Shown: in pieces, positions 1 through 11,874 of the stretch
Numbering within the stretch: the stretch's first letter is position 1
Layout: each line of letters opens with the position of its first letter
NCBI GenBank assembly: GCA_029717555.1
Contig: JAMDHS010000035.1
Span: 186,001-206,564 of the forward strand
Direction: 5' to 3'
DNA from: Peribolospora baueri
Taxonomy: Eukaryota
DNA: 20,564 nt
Notes under the pieces: generated by a model
What the model was told of the DNA's origin: nothing
Database searches by the model: none
What the model saw: the letters and a program-made list of their open reading frames with translations, nothing else
Made by a program: the position numbers and the translations under genes

Positions 1-36
1 GCGAGACGCGAGGTCAACAAAAGACGTGCGACTCAC
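1..36 (-). other. Start of a further kinase intron running off the window
   Basis: GTGAGT donor immediately after ...ICHA; TTGAC branch-like site at 17-13. Confidence 0.75.
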
Positions 37-3000
37 AGCGTGGCAGATCAGCCCGCACTCTTCACAGAGTACCGCGTGCCTCTTCACCGGCTGGCGACAG
101 AGCTTGCACTCGACGGCTGCAGATCGAAAAAGGCCATGGTCAACAACACATCATCGGCCTCCGCCTTCCGGGTCGAGCGAGGGCCGAAGCTCACCTTTGC
201 TGAACGTGCTCTTGACGAATGCGTGCGTCATCCTTTCCTCGCCGCTGGAAGACAAGTCGCCTTCTGCCGAGAGCGGTGAGGGCAGCTGCCCAGCCGAGAC
301 GCCCTCGTAGCCAGCGTTCGTGTCGGCGGCGGCCTGCCTATCGAGGCTGAACGAAACCCTGGGAAGAACGTTGGACGGCCTCGAGTCACTCGCGGAGGCA
401 GGCAGCAGCATAGGCGAGGGCTGGGCGGAGGAAGGCGAGTTGGGAGACGACACCGAGTCGCGAGTCGTATGCGCTGCGCCATTGCGAAGGGCGATGGTGG
501 CGGCCGGCGACGAAGACGAACGCTCCATCTTGTGCTTGCTCTCGCTCGGGCCCGGGTCGGCAAAGACTTTAGGGTCGAGCTTGCGATTGAAATCAGCGCT
601 GATGCGGCGGAGGAAAGGCACGCTGTCCTGCGCCCGAAGCTCCTTGTGGCCGCCCCAAACGGTACAGAGCCAGTGGTGCTCGAAGAGCATCTCGGCGCTC
701 GGGCGGTACGCAGGGTCCTTGTTAAAGCATTGCTTGAGGAAGTCGACCAGCTCGGGCGAGCACTTGTCCGGGATGGGAGGGCAGTCGTCCTCGACGATGC
801 GGTACATGGCCGACATGGCCTGGATGTCGCCGTACGGAGGCTTGCCCGTCATGAGCTCGATGATGGTGCAGGCGAGCGACCAGATGTCAGCTGCCGTCGA
901 GGCACCCTTCAACTCGATCACTTCTGGCGCCATCCAGTTTGGCGTGCCCACGGCGTCATTCTTGATCTTCTCCATCGCCTTGAGGTTGAGCGAGACGCCA
1001 AAGTCGGAGAGCTTGACGTTGCCGTTCTTTGTGGTAAGAATGTTGGCCGCCTTCAGGTCGCAGTGAACGACCTTCTGCGAGTGCAGGTAGTGCAGGCCCT
1101 CGAGGATCTTGACGACGTAGCTCGACACGAGCTTTTCAGGGAAGTGTCCGAAAGCTTTGAGGGTGTGCAGGAGAGAGCCATTTTCGACGTACCTGAGAAG
1201 CGAGTGAGATACAGAGCGCGTGTGAGTGAGTGAGAGGATGGGAGGAAGCGGCGGCCCGCACGGCATTTCCGCTCCGTCGTCCACGCCGCCGCGACACTCA
1301 CTCCAAGATGATGCTGACGACGTCCGGGCCTCTTACGAGACCCTCGTACTTGACCACGCTCGGGTGAGCCAAGCTCTTGAGGAGGTCGACCTCGTTCATG
1401 AGCTGCGTCACTTCCTCCTCGCTCTTTCCCTCCAGCTTGATCCTCTTGACGGCCACCATCTGGCCGGACTGCAAGTTGAGCGCACGGTACACGCTGCCAA
1501 ACTGGCCCCGTCCGATGCAGTTGCCGAGTTGGAACGTCGTGCTTGGCTTGCCCTCCTCGGTGACGACCAGCTTGTGCTTGGAAATGGGAGAGCGCGAGAG
1601 CCGCGATCCCACCGCGGATGCGCCCTCATCGTGTGTGGTGCTGCCGAGGGTGTTGGTGTAGATCGAGCCGATCTCGGTGTCGTACCGCGATCGGAAGCCG
1701 AGGGCCGAACGTTCGTCACCAGACGTCTCGGAGCGGTAGCCGCCAAAGCCGGTCATCCCGAAGGACCGGCGGGCGGCAGAGAGATGGAGATCGGAGGAGT
1801 AGCGCATGTGCCGGTAGGCCGACCTCGGCCCGGCGGCGGCGCCATGGAGCGGAGGAGGCGCCGCAGACACGGACGAGGACGTGGGAGACACGGACGAAGG
1901 CTGGGCGAGGGACGCGGTGCTGAGGGACAGCTGGCGTTGGACTCGACCAGCCCTGAGGGCGGGGAACTCGAGCGCGTTGGGCGAAGAAGGAGTGGAAGGG
2001 GAGCGAGGGAAGGGGACGCGCGGAGGCGACTGGCTGAGATTGCTCAACGGCGAGACTCTGTTGGGGCTCGTCGACAGGCTCGCGAGGCCGGGACCGGGCT
2101 GGGAGCGGTAGCTGGGCCTCCTGGCGGGCGATCGACCGATGGCCAGCGGCGAAGGGCTGCCGGCAGGGGAAGGGAAAGCATACTCGTCCAGACTCGGTCC
2201 GGCTGAGTTGCGAGGATGGCCGTACTCGCCGCTGGACCTCCGCGTCGATGAGCGCCTCTTCGTAGGCGTCTCCTGTAGTAGCGACGGCTCGCCGCCATGC
2301 AACATCAACGAGGCCGGACCGTCCGCCGCGTCGTCCTTGGACGGCGACGACGACAACATGGGCGAGAGAGGTCTGCGCGGGGTAGTCTGCAGGGACAGCT
2401 CCTCAATTTCCTCAGCCACGCCGGAAAGGCTCTGAGCCGACTCGCTGAGCTTGCGATCGCGATAGGGCATGGAAGAAATTCTGCCCGCCGTCGTAGACGA
2501 TTCGCCCGTCTCGCTCGGCGGCTTCTGTTCGGCAAAGGTGATCGAAGGTGGTTTGACGGTACCGCTAGAAGAAGCGACCGTGCTCGCTCCGTCGTACGTC
2601 CTTCGCCGGCGCGCTTTCACCGCCACCGCCTGCTCAGCGTTCCAAGCCGAAGGAGGCGACGATGGGCGCTCGATCTCGGCCTCCGCCTGCCTCGAAGCCA
2701 CGTTCGACCGCCTGGGACTCTTCTCGGGGCGGTTGGGAGAGGCGCCGGGCGAAGGCCTCGATCCGACCGAGCTGGGGAACGGCACATCGGAGGAGGAAGG
2801 AGGCCTGTCTGGCGGTTCGACCGATGGCGGAGGCGTGAGGGGTGTGGAGAGGGACGTGGAAGGCGAGGAGGAGCGGCAGTTATGCGAAGGGGGCCTGATG
2901 GCGGATGGGGACAAGATACCGAGGGCGGATTGTCCGGTGCGACCATCGAGGGCGACCCGCTTGATAGCGAGGATGGTGTGCACGACGCGCTGGAGGCCGT

Positions 3001-4798
3001 CGGCGGTGCCGTCGGTGAGATCGAGGGTCTGGAAGAGGTCCTTGCTCCTCAGCTTGAGGTGATCCCTCGCAGCGCGGAGGAAGCGAGAGATGTTGTCCGC
3101 CCTGACAAAGTCAACGTCTCTTCGATCGATCTTCTCGATCGCGCCCAGTCTGAGCTTGTTGACGAGCAAGCAGAGCAAGACGCCGTCGCGGATGCTCTCC
3201 CAAAAGTCCGGCACCTCGCGCGCCGGATCGAGGAACTCGCCGAGTGCCTCCGCCTCTTTCTCCCTCGCGAACCATGCCAGTCGCCAAAGCCGCTCGTCGT
3301 CCTCGTTGGTCTGAGCGCCGGCGTCGGCGACCTGCATGAGGAGGAACGCCCTGGCGGCGCGTAGGCGCTTCGTGGCCTCCTCCGATTCGGCCGCGCTGGC
3401 GCTCATGCCGTCGATCCCCAGCGTCGTGTCCGTCCGTCCGGCCATGCTACGCCCAGAGTGGGTGGCCGCGGTGGCTGTGGTGGTGAAAGCGGTCGTCCCC
3501 GTGCCGGCGGTCGCCGAGCTGGTGGTGGTCAAGCCAGTGGTCGCTTGGCTCACCGTACTGGCCGGCGTGGTGGCCGCGGTGGCGCTCCAGCGCCTATTCC
3601 TCCTGAACCACGTCCCAGGAGAAAAAGCGTTAGGAGGGCGACGCTCCGGCTGTCCACCTTCCCGTCCCGCGGCAGCACCGATGACGGACGAAGGGCGAGC
3701 GTTTCTCGAGTCGGACGTGGTGGTCACGGCCGTGAACGGTGACGTCCCGCTGGAGCCGGAAGCCAAGGAAGGCAAAGGCGTCAGGGTTGGGGCGGGAGAG
3801 ACGCTACCGGGGCGAACGGTGGCGTTGCTGCGTTTGCGCTCTCGCTTCGACACACGCTCTTGCTTGACGTGGCGGGTGGTGGGCGAAGGCGGACCCGCGC
3901 CCATGAGCATCTCGATACTGTCCTGCGGTTCGGCGACGGTCGTGCGGGATCTCGAAGGAGGCCCGGGGACGGAAACGCCTGCGCCGCTGACGACGACCAG
4001 CGTGCCGTCATCGCGCTGCTCGTAAATGGGCTCCTGCGTATCGAGCATGGGGTCCGAGGAGAGGTGCAGCTCCGGCGTCGACAGCCACGCCAGCTCAAGG
4101 TTGCGGTAGCTCAGACGCTGCGGCTCGCCGAGGCTGAACTGCTGGGCATGGTGGTGGTGGTGGTGGCCTCCTGAGGCCTGCATCGCAGCGCCAACCTTTT
4201 GGAGCCGCTTGGCCCTGCGCTCACCCGACGTTTCCCCGGCGACCTCGGCCCCTTTTCCCTTCTTGTCCCTCTTTCCCGCTTTGCTCTCCTTTCGCGCCAT
4301 TCGATACTCAACCTGGCTGGCTGACTGTGACGGGGTGATGGAGGAGAATGTCATCTCCGTCGCGCCGTCGTCCACGCGTGAGGCCGACTCGCTCGGCCGT
4401 AAGGACGAGCTGCGATCGGAGGGCGTGAGGACGACAGTGGAGGGAGCAGGCGGGGGTGGTCGTGAGGGCCGCTTGGCCTTGGCAGACGGCGAAATGGGCG
4501 GCGCCTCCGGCGGCGAAGAGGACAGCCGCCCGCCGCGGGAGGCGACTGGGACTTTGGAAGAGAGCGCCGAGAGGGGCGAGGCCGTCTCGAGGTGGACATG
4601 CATTCCGGCCTCCTGCCAGTAAGAGGGGACGGGCAGCGGAGGCTCGGAAGGGTCGGAGTGGGAAGCCTGCGCGCGGTGCTGCACCGAGCTCGACCTGCGA
4701 TGAGGCCGGGGCGCGGGCGAGAGGCCGTTGGAAGCCATGGTCAGCGGCTGGTGGACCATGAGCGGCGGTGAAGCGATGGACTGGGTGGTCGCGCTCAT
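37..4798 (-). CDS. Cdc15/SepH/Cdc7-type STE-family Ser/Thr kinase with N-terminal CH domain and C-terminal C1 domain; exons 4798-1302, 1192-195, 116-37; 3' end lies outside the window
   Basis: Splicing GTGAGT..CAG (1301-1193) joins ORF 1298..5044 to ORF 151..1284, giving FQLGNCIGRGQFGSVY..VAVKRI..IILE/YVENGSL..HCDLKAANIL..VKLSDFG..GTPNWMAPE..DIWSL. CH-like segment ESIRDGVLLCLLVNKL..DNISRFLRAA..DLF..DL..VVHTILAI at about 2960-3210. A second intron (194-117) gives HAFVKSTFSKAVECKLCRQPVKRHAVLCEECGLICHA, the C1 pattern H-x12-C-x2-C..C-x2-C-x4-H. First in-frame ATG is 4798. Confidence 0.9.
117..194 (-). other. Spliceosomal intron (78 nt) inside the C1 domain of the kinase gene
   Basis: GTGAGC donor, TTGAC branch-like site, TGCAG acceptor; removal restores C1 His/Cys spacing. 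Confidence 0.88.
1193..1301 (-). other. Spliceosomal intron (109 nt) in kinase gene
   Basis: GTGAGT donor, CTCAG acceptor; removal restores ...IILE-YVENGSL in frame. Confidence 0.92.
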
Positions 4799-4827
4799 CT
4801 CCGACGAGAGACAGATCGGCGAGACCC

Positions 4828-4915
4828 CTGGAAGGAGGGCATGGAAAAGGGAGTAAGGGCAACGGGGTGGGCTACTGCAAACGAGACCGGCAGCGCGCGA
4901 ACGGCCAACGCTTAC
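4828..4915 (-). other. Probable 5'-UTR intron (88 nt) of the kinase gene
   Basis: GTAAGC donor at 4915, pyrimidine tract and CCAG acceptor at 4828, 29 nt upstream of ATG 4798. Confidence 0.6.
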
Positions 4916-6926
4916 GAGCGGTTCCAAGACGAGTGCCCCCTTTAAGACGAGGGGAGGGCTCTCACCCCCACTTGGCGCAAGTCGGGGAGGGGGGGGCGCG
5001 GGGAGAAGCCGGTCGCTGTGCGAGTCCCAGCGGGACGCACACAAGTTCGGGGCGAGGTGGAGGGATGAAGAGGTTACGGCGAAGGCGAAGGGGGTATGAT
5101 GACGACGGCCAGTTGACCGGGCGAGGGACGAGAGAAGAGTCGAGCGATCCGGGGCACGTCCAGAGCGAAGGGAGGGTCGGTTCGTTTAGAGAGCGAGGGC
5201 GACGGAGACGGAAAGGGGCGAGGAGGAAGAGGCGATGCAAGCCGAGTAGGGGTAAGTCGGGATCCAGCGATGCGAGAAACCAGTGCGACGAGCGGGATTA
5301 TCATGCAGAGAGAGAAGGGAGGCAAAAGCGAGAGGCCGAGGGGGTCGTGGACCATGAGCGGGCCCGATATGGGCAGGGGAGGGGCGAGGGAGGGCCGAGG
5401 AGGGAGAGGGCGGGGCAATCATACGCAACGCATCGGGCGTGACGCGGAGGGAGGAGGAGAAAGGGAAAGGAGGGAGGAGGAGGAGGAGCGAAGAAGAGAG
5501 AGAGGGAAGAGCGTCGGATGGAGATGGAGATGGAAGTGAAGTGTTGGCGATGGTGGTGAATAGCCAGCCGACAGACAAGGCGACGAACGCGGGCGGCGGC
5601 GATCGTACGGTTCGAGGGCGGAGCCAACGCCACGTGGATTCGGACGCACGTGGAGAAGGCGGCGGCGCGAAAGGATCAAGACGCACGGGGCGAAGGGAGA
5701 AGGGACAGACAGGAAAGGTAGGAGGAGGCGAAGGGAAGCACAGGAGCGACGGAAGGAGGAGGGATGGATGGAAGTGGAAAGGAGCAATGCAATGGAAGTG
5801 GAGGAACGAGCGATGCGAGCCGACGATCGGCGGAGGTTCGGGCCGAGCGGATTGGCACGCATGCAATTTCGGCCGAGCGATATGACGACGGAAGGAGATG
5901 GATAGATAGCGGCGACAGAGGCGCAGAGAGGGAGGGAGGGAGGGAGGGAGAGAAAAGACGAGAAAGGACGGTCAGCGTCGGTTCCCAAGGAAAGGAGCGC
6001 ATCGGCGACAAGAAAGAAGGAGAACAAGGAAGAGGAAGAGGAAGCAGATACGAGGTGATATGGCGAGCCGTGTCCAGGACGCGGCTCCGAGCGTCCCTCG
6101 CTCGGGGCGCACCGGGAGGAGCGAAGCACGACGACGACGACGACGAGCATGAGCACCGACCTTCGATGGCGACGTACTACCCACGGCGCCGCGGCGAGAA
6201 GGAACGGAGCGGGAAGGAAAGGAAAGGAAAACGTGCGTAGAACGGAGGAGCGAGCCCGGCGTCCGAAGCGGATCGCGACGGCGCTCGGCGGGGCGCAACA
6301 GGAAGCGGCCGTCAGGAACGCACATGCCACGATATAGAGACAGAATGCAAAGACAGGGCGGGCCAAGGTAGGCGTCGAGGACACCCATTGTTCCTGCGCC
6401 GTCCCCTAACGCCGTTCAAAGAACGAACATGGTGCAGAAACGGCTCGCGAGGAACGGGCAGGGAGGGCGAGGCGATGGCAAGGTAGAGCGCAAAGAAGGA
6501 AGGGCAGCGAGAAGGAGGACAGGTGAGGAGGTACGTAGCCACTCACGTTAGACCCGATCGCCTAAGCGAAGACAGGCTGAGCTCGGCAAACTGATCGACA
6601 AGCTCGGGTGACGGAGGAGGCGGAGGGAGACGAGAGGAAGGCGGATGGGGCGGAGGAAAGTCCGGTCTGGCCGGGATGGTGAGGACGAAGGAGGTTTGGA
6701 AAAGACTAGACGGGCAGATGGGCGAATGTGACGGTAGCGAGTGATGAGGAGGGTCGAGTCGGAAAAGGGAAAGTGGTGGTGTGATGTGATCAAGGGGAGC
6801 GAAAGCGACCACGAGGGGTGAACCAAGAGGGGGGACGAATAAATAGGGGCGACGATGGAAGGAGAGAGAGCGAAGAGGGTCACGTAGGTCGCGTCGAACG
6901 GCGAGCAGGGGCGAGAGCAGAGGTGA

Positions 6927-6959
6927 AGGCAAGGCGAGGCAAGGCGAGGCAAGGCGAGG
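6927..6959. repeat. Pentanucleotide microsatellite (AGGCA/AGGCG)n
   Basis: aggcaaggcgaggcaaggcgaggcaaggcgagg read directly. Confidence 0.85.
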
Positions 6960-7965
6960 AGAAGGAAGGGGACAAACAGAAACACGAAAAGAGGCGAACG
7001 CGGGACGCCGGCAAGCAAGCAGCAGGGAGAGGCAAGGCGAGGGTGTGAGTAGAAGAGCGCGCGGGCGGCAAGGTCGAGATAAGCGCGCGGGCGATGGCAA
7101 GCGAGGCAAGAGGAGTGCGGAGGTGACGAGAGGCGAGGGCGGGGGAAGAAGGCGATGATGCGATGGAGGATGTTGGCGAGGTCGCGACGCCATCGAGATG
7201 CGCAACACGATGAAGTGCAGCGTTCATGTGGCGTGGGCGGTGCCGGCCATCGGAAGCAAGCCGTCGATGTCGGCCGGCGAGGGCGGGGTTGTGGGGAGGA
7301 GAGGTGAGACGAGACGAGTGACAGCAAGCAAGCAAGAAGCAAGCAAGTAAGCGCACGAGGCAGAGAGAAGAGGGGCGAGGGCGGGCAGCGGGAGTGGACG
7401 AAGAAAGGGGCGACAAGATGAGGGCACGACAGAAGGAGGAGCGTCGGACGACGAAGGGTTACGAGATAGGTGGGAAAATGAAAACAGCCACGAAAGTAAA
7501 GTTTGCGGAGGCAGGCCAGCGTACGGCGGCAAGTCGAGCCGGATGCCGGCGAGGAGGCCGATCAAGGTCGTACGGGATTACGGGATGATATACGAGCGAG
7601 AGGAGAGCAAAGTGGGAAGCGACGAGGTCAGCGAGCGATGCTCAGGCCAGCCGTCGACGGCATCGACGACATCACCACGTCGGGTGACGGGACGGGAAGG
7701 AAGGACGCACGGACCGACCCGATGCGCGGCCACAAACTCCAAACACGTCATCCTCCAAACGCCAAGCCAAGGCCGGGGACAAAAAAGGGAGGCAAGCTCG
7801 AGCAAGCGTGGAAAAAGCGAACCATGTGCGAACCGACGAGCGTCGACGGAGGGAATGGTGGGTGGCGAGGAAAGGACGGCTATCCAGCCATCACCAATGC
7901 TCGCTCGGATAAGCGACCCAGCGGGCACGATGATACGACACCGCCGATCAAGCCCGACACTGGCA

Positions 7966-8014
7966 CGACGAGACACGAGACGCGACAAGACGAGACGAGA
8001 CGAGACGAGACGAG
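7966..8014. repeat. Pentanucleotide microsatellite (GAGAC)n, partly degenerate
   Basis: cgagacgagacgagacgagacgag preceded by degenerate copies. Confidence 0.85.
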
Positions 8015-9192
8015 GAGGAAACTCAGCCAGTTGGCGATACGATATCGTCATCAGGCGTACCAGTCTGCACAGCACGCTTGACCGAGCCTCGCGCACACAG
8101 GCTCCCGGAGACAAGGCCGTGCCACGCTAAGCGCAGGTCGAGGACCGAAGCGTAAACGGGAAAAGAGCGAGGAACGAGGCGGTGCTGTCCTGCTGCCAAC
8201 GCGGCAAGGCGAAAGATCCCGAATGCGAACGAAACGACGTGGACATGACGAGGCTACAGAAGGAACAAGGCGCGAGGAGGGAGGAGACAGAGGAGTGGGT
8301 ATCACTCACGTAATCCCCGAAGAGCGAGCTGGCCGCCGGAGCGACGTCGGCGCCGTCGTGTCAAAGCCGCCACACGACCTGGCGAACGCGAGCGCGAAAA
8401 GGCGAAAGAAAGTGCACGAGAAGCAAGAAAGGGGGCCGGACGCTGGCGGTGGCGGTGGTGGTAGCAGGCGGATAGGCTACCTATAAGAGCAGGGCGCTCA
8501 TGAGGAATGGTGGCGGAGAGGGACGAGGATGGAGGTCGTGTCGTCGTCGTCGTCGTTCTCGTCGTCGTCGTCGGCTCCGACCTCGGTCCGTCGCCCACGA
8601 GCCTGGGAGCGCAAAGGGAGGAGGAGGAGGAAGGAAGGAAAGAGGAGATGGTCGGTCGAAGGGAGAGGGGAAGGGGATGCGAGAGGCAGGAAAAGATGGC
8701 GGCGGCGGAAGAGGGAGGGGTACGACAGGCGTTGATGCGAGAGTCGGTCGAGACGAGACGAGGCGATCGGAGACGACGAGGCAAGGAGTGAGAGTGGGAG
8801 TGGGAGGCGAGGGCGGGAGGCGAGCAGGCGGGGAAGCCAGGAAGGCGAGGGCGAGGGAGAGGAGTGAGTGGACGAGTGGAACGACGAGCTGGCTGCTGGC
8901 TGCTGGGAGCTGGCTGGCGTGAGCGGGGCCAGGCATGTTGAACACCAACGCGAACGCGACCGGGTCGGCGCGGCGGGTGCTCTGAAGACGGTGTACGGCA
9001 GCCGGTGTGGGATGGATGGGTGTGAGTGGTCCGTCAGTCAGTCAGCGCTAGGTGCGGAGCGCGTGCTAGTGGACGTCGTTAGCGGACGTTGCACAGAGAT
9101 GGACACAGCTCGGCCCCACGATTCGTTCGTTCGGTCGGTCAGGTCGGCCGGCAGGTAGGAGGCGGTCATGTCCTGGCTTGCGTTGACAGCCT

Positions 9193-9257
9193 GTTCGTTC
9201 GTTCGTTCGTTTGTTCGTTCGCTCGCTCGTTCGTTCGTTCGTTCCGTCCGTCCGTTC
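9193..9257. repeat. Tetranucleotide microsatellite (GTTC/GCTC/GTCC)n
   Basis: gttcgttcgttcgttc...gctcgctcgttcgttcgttcgttccgtccgtccg. Confidence 0.9.
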
Positions 9258-9967
9258 AGCAACTTGGCGGCAGCGACGTCGTCTCGCGGTGGCCGTGGAA
9301 GTAGGAGGGGTGCAAATTTTGAATCCGTCCGTCCGTCCATCCGTCGTTGGTCACCTGGGCTTTCGCCCGGCCGGGCCCTCTTTCGCGGCATTTTCCCGCT
9401 CGGCCGGCTGACATCTACTTAACCTACACTAGCTCGAGCGGGGAAGGACGCGGCGGTCGGCCAACTTGCTGCTAAACGCCCGCCGCGCGCGGTGTTGCTG
9501 CCCGGCACCGGTGGCCACTTTCACTCTCACTCTCACGGCGGCGGGGATCGGGCGTTGATTTGGCTCGACGGGCGGGTGACGGGTATGAGTGACGACGGAT
9601 CGGACGGACGGACAACACGGACTGACAACGGACGGCCTGACTGACGGACTGACCGACACAGACAGGACGACGAGCCGACCGGACTTGCTCGACGACGACG
9701 GTGATCGCCAGTCTGCTAGCAACCTCGGCAGTCCGCGCCATCGTTAGCACCCCCCTCTCCCATCCCATCGTCCCAACCGACCGAGCGGACGGAGCAGATA
9801 GATTCCCGCGCCAAGATGGCGCCGGTGCGGAAGAGAATGTGCACTCCGACTTGGTCTCATTCCTCCTCCTCCTCCTCCATTCCTCCTCTTCGTGGCGCCG
9901 CATCGGCTTTGTCCAAATCCGCTCGATGCAAACGTTTCCGCTGCCTCCGTCTGAACGCGACGGCCGT

Positions 9968-9995
9968 GACAGACAGACAGACAGACAGACAGACA
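9968..9995. repeat. (GACA)7 microsatellite
   Basis: Seven perfect GACA units. Confidence 0.95.
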
Positions 9996-10380
9996 GTCGC
10001 GCCCGGAAGAGACGGTGAGCGCCGCACGACGACGTCGTCTCTCATTTCCTGCGCATATGCACCCAACGCCATCCAATGTCTGCGCGCTGACGCACGCACG
10101 CACCGTGTGCCCTTCGACACGGCTCGCAGCCGACGCGCCGCAGTCGGAACTCACGTGCCATCACGTGCACATGGCCCGTGCGCACGGTGATCAAACCCAA
10201 GCAGAGGCTGCGCATGAAAGAACGAGACATACACAGCGCCGTCGACACCATCTTCGCTCTCCCTGGTGGCCCAGGACGGAACCCTTCCCACTGACGTGCG
10301 CGTTCGCTCGGACTTGGAGCTCTCTATTCCCGTAACGGGAGCGGAAAGGCGCTGACAAATATTCCTACGCCTGAAAAGCC

Positions 10381-11052
10381 TCAACCATCGTACGAGCCCG
10401 GCTCACATGTCAGCACGGGTGGAGTCAACGACCGGTCGACGGCCTTTAAGCCTAGAACACGGTAATCGATGGCGTCGAGCAGGCTCATTGCCCCGGTCCA
10501 GAAGCGGAGACAGTCAAAGGAGAATTGAAGGTGAGCCAGTACATGCGTCTTGACGCGCGTCTCGAGTCTCGGGATTTCGGGATGGCTGATGCTGGGGTTG
10601 CCAATCTCGCAGACGTCGCGATGAAGGTGATGCTTCATGACGACGAAACGATGGATGACGAGAGCTCGGTTCTGCTCAGCAATGTGGATAAAGAACCTCG
10701 CGTCCTGAGAGCGAGCCTCGTTGGTGAGAAAGTTGACGAACGAAGGGTAGGTGATATCCATTTCGCCTTCCACCGATGACGTCGCGACTGCCACGGACAT
10801 GCAAGATGGATCCAAGCAGAGAGACATCCTTCCTGGCATCGAGACGGATCATCGAATTTGGCCTTCGCCGACGGACAAGAGTGTTGAACGCCTCGTAGTC
10901 GAGCGGTCGACGACGAAGCGTGACGATGGCCCCCACGACCCGCCGGAGGGCGGGCAGAAGCTGGACGGGCACCCGCTGTCAAAGATATGATCGAGGACCG
11001 TCCGATACAATTGATCGAGAGCCGCCTCAACAGAAGACGCCTTCGCCCCATC
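10381..11052 (-). pseudogene. Fragment of a fungal NLR (NACHT / HET-E-like NWD protein), post-NACHT winged-helix/helical region
   Basis: Across two frames: ALDQLYRTVLDHIF / LRRVVGAIVTLRRRPLDYEAFNTLV..VSLLGSILHV / ITYPSFVNFLTNEARSQDARFFI..VMKHHLHRDVCEIGNPSISHPEIPRLETRVKTHVLAHLQF..RFW. This follows the fungal NWD consensus (LDxLY; VGxIV..PL; HPSFxDFL..RFFI; LxxDICxIxxPS..L.Y.CxxW). Two frameshifts (about 10970 and 10785); no P-loop or repeat domain in the window. Confidence 0.8.
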
Positions 11053-11404
11053 TGTCGGGAACCGTACCTCGACTGACGCTGGTTCTGGTTCGGGTTGGCT
11101 CGGTGTGCGACCGGTCTGCTGTACGAGTCGATCCTAAGTGCACATGAAGCAGTTCTGTCCTGTTACACGTATGAGTTCCACCAGGGGAAAACACGCCCCG
11201 GGCGGAGACTAGTCCTTTATATATACACGAACCAGGTCGGCGCGCGGACCTCAGCGGAATCCGGAGCCTCCCGAATCCCTGTGACTCTCCGCAGCGCACG
11301 GGCGTTCTTCCCACGAGCTTCCGTGCGCGCTTCGCCGCTTCGGCCGCTCGCGACGGCAGCTGCGCCCAGCATCGGCGACCGTTCCGTTGGCCCGGGGCCT
11401 TACA
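11053..11404 (-). mobile_element. Probable 3' LTR (about 352 bp) of a Ty3/Gypsy chromovirus
   Basis: Starts TGTAAGG directly after a polypurine tract and ends CCCGACA (TG..CA, imperfect inverted ends); internal TATATAAA at about 11222-11215. NLR homology begins just beyond the CA end. The left boundary is less certain (alternative 11161). Confidence 0.65.
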
Positions 11405-11421
11405 TCACCCCGTCTCTTCCC
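11405..11421 (-). promoter_or_regulatory. Polypurine tract (PPT) of LTR retrotransposon
   Basis: Minus strand GGGAAGAGACGGGGTGA immediately followed by TGTAAGG, downstream of the chromodomain stop. Confidence 0.7.
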
Positions 11422-11874
11422 AGGTGCGGCGTCCTCGTGGCACATCCTCGGCGAACTCTCGTCCCGTACCCGCGCTTCGTCCCAGCTCCGCCATCCGCGA
11501 CTCGCCGTAAGTGTAGGAACGCCGTGGGGCCCCGCGACCGCTTGCGCGGGGACCCGGAGGCGGCGCTCGTGCACCCGCGCGTCAAGAATCGCGCGGCGTG
11601 TACGTACCGCAGCGCCCCTCGTTCCTTCGATTCTTGCTGATCTGATTACGGCGGACTTGACGTGGAGGCGAATATTGACGAAGTGGCGGGGGTGTCTTCG
11701 GATGGAGGTGAGTCGGTTCGTGGGTGTTGGCCGTGGGGTTGGGGATCTGCGCGGCGAGCTCGCGACCCACCACCGTGCGGTGGTTCGTTCCTTGCGAGGC
11801 TCGCCTCTCCCCTGCAGTCGCTGCTGGACTCACTTCGCGAGCTCGAAGCCGAATCGTGTATGTTCTTGTCTTGG

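Noticed and set aside
1193..1284. ORF 151..1284 as a separate kinase starting MDDGAEM
   Set aside because: Its N-terminus is intron sequence and it lacks the Gly-loop and VAVK, which lie in the upstream exon
320..4761. Many long plus-strand ORFs overlapping the kinase (e.g. 1226..2206, 2297..3364)
   Set aside because: Antisense shadows of a GC-rich coding region; no motifs
6900..10000. CRISPR-like or minisatellite arrays
   Set aside because: Only 3-5 bp unit microsatellites; no repeat-spacer structure; eukaryotic DNA
5074..10335. Pro/Ser/Arg-rich ORFs up to 321 aa in the upstream region
   Set aside because: Translations of low-complexity, strand-skewed DNA and microsatellites, open in several frames at once
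11161..11404. Shorter LTR ending at TAACA (11161)
   Set aside because: Leaves only about 55 bp after the TATA box; the 11053 end has a matching inverted terminus and coincides with the NLR breakpoint. Not fully excluded.
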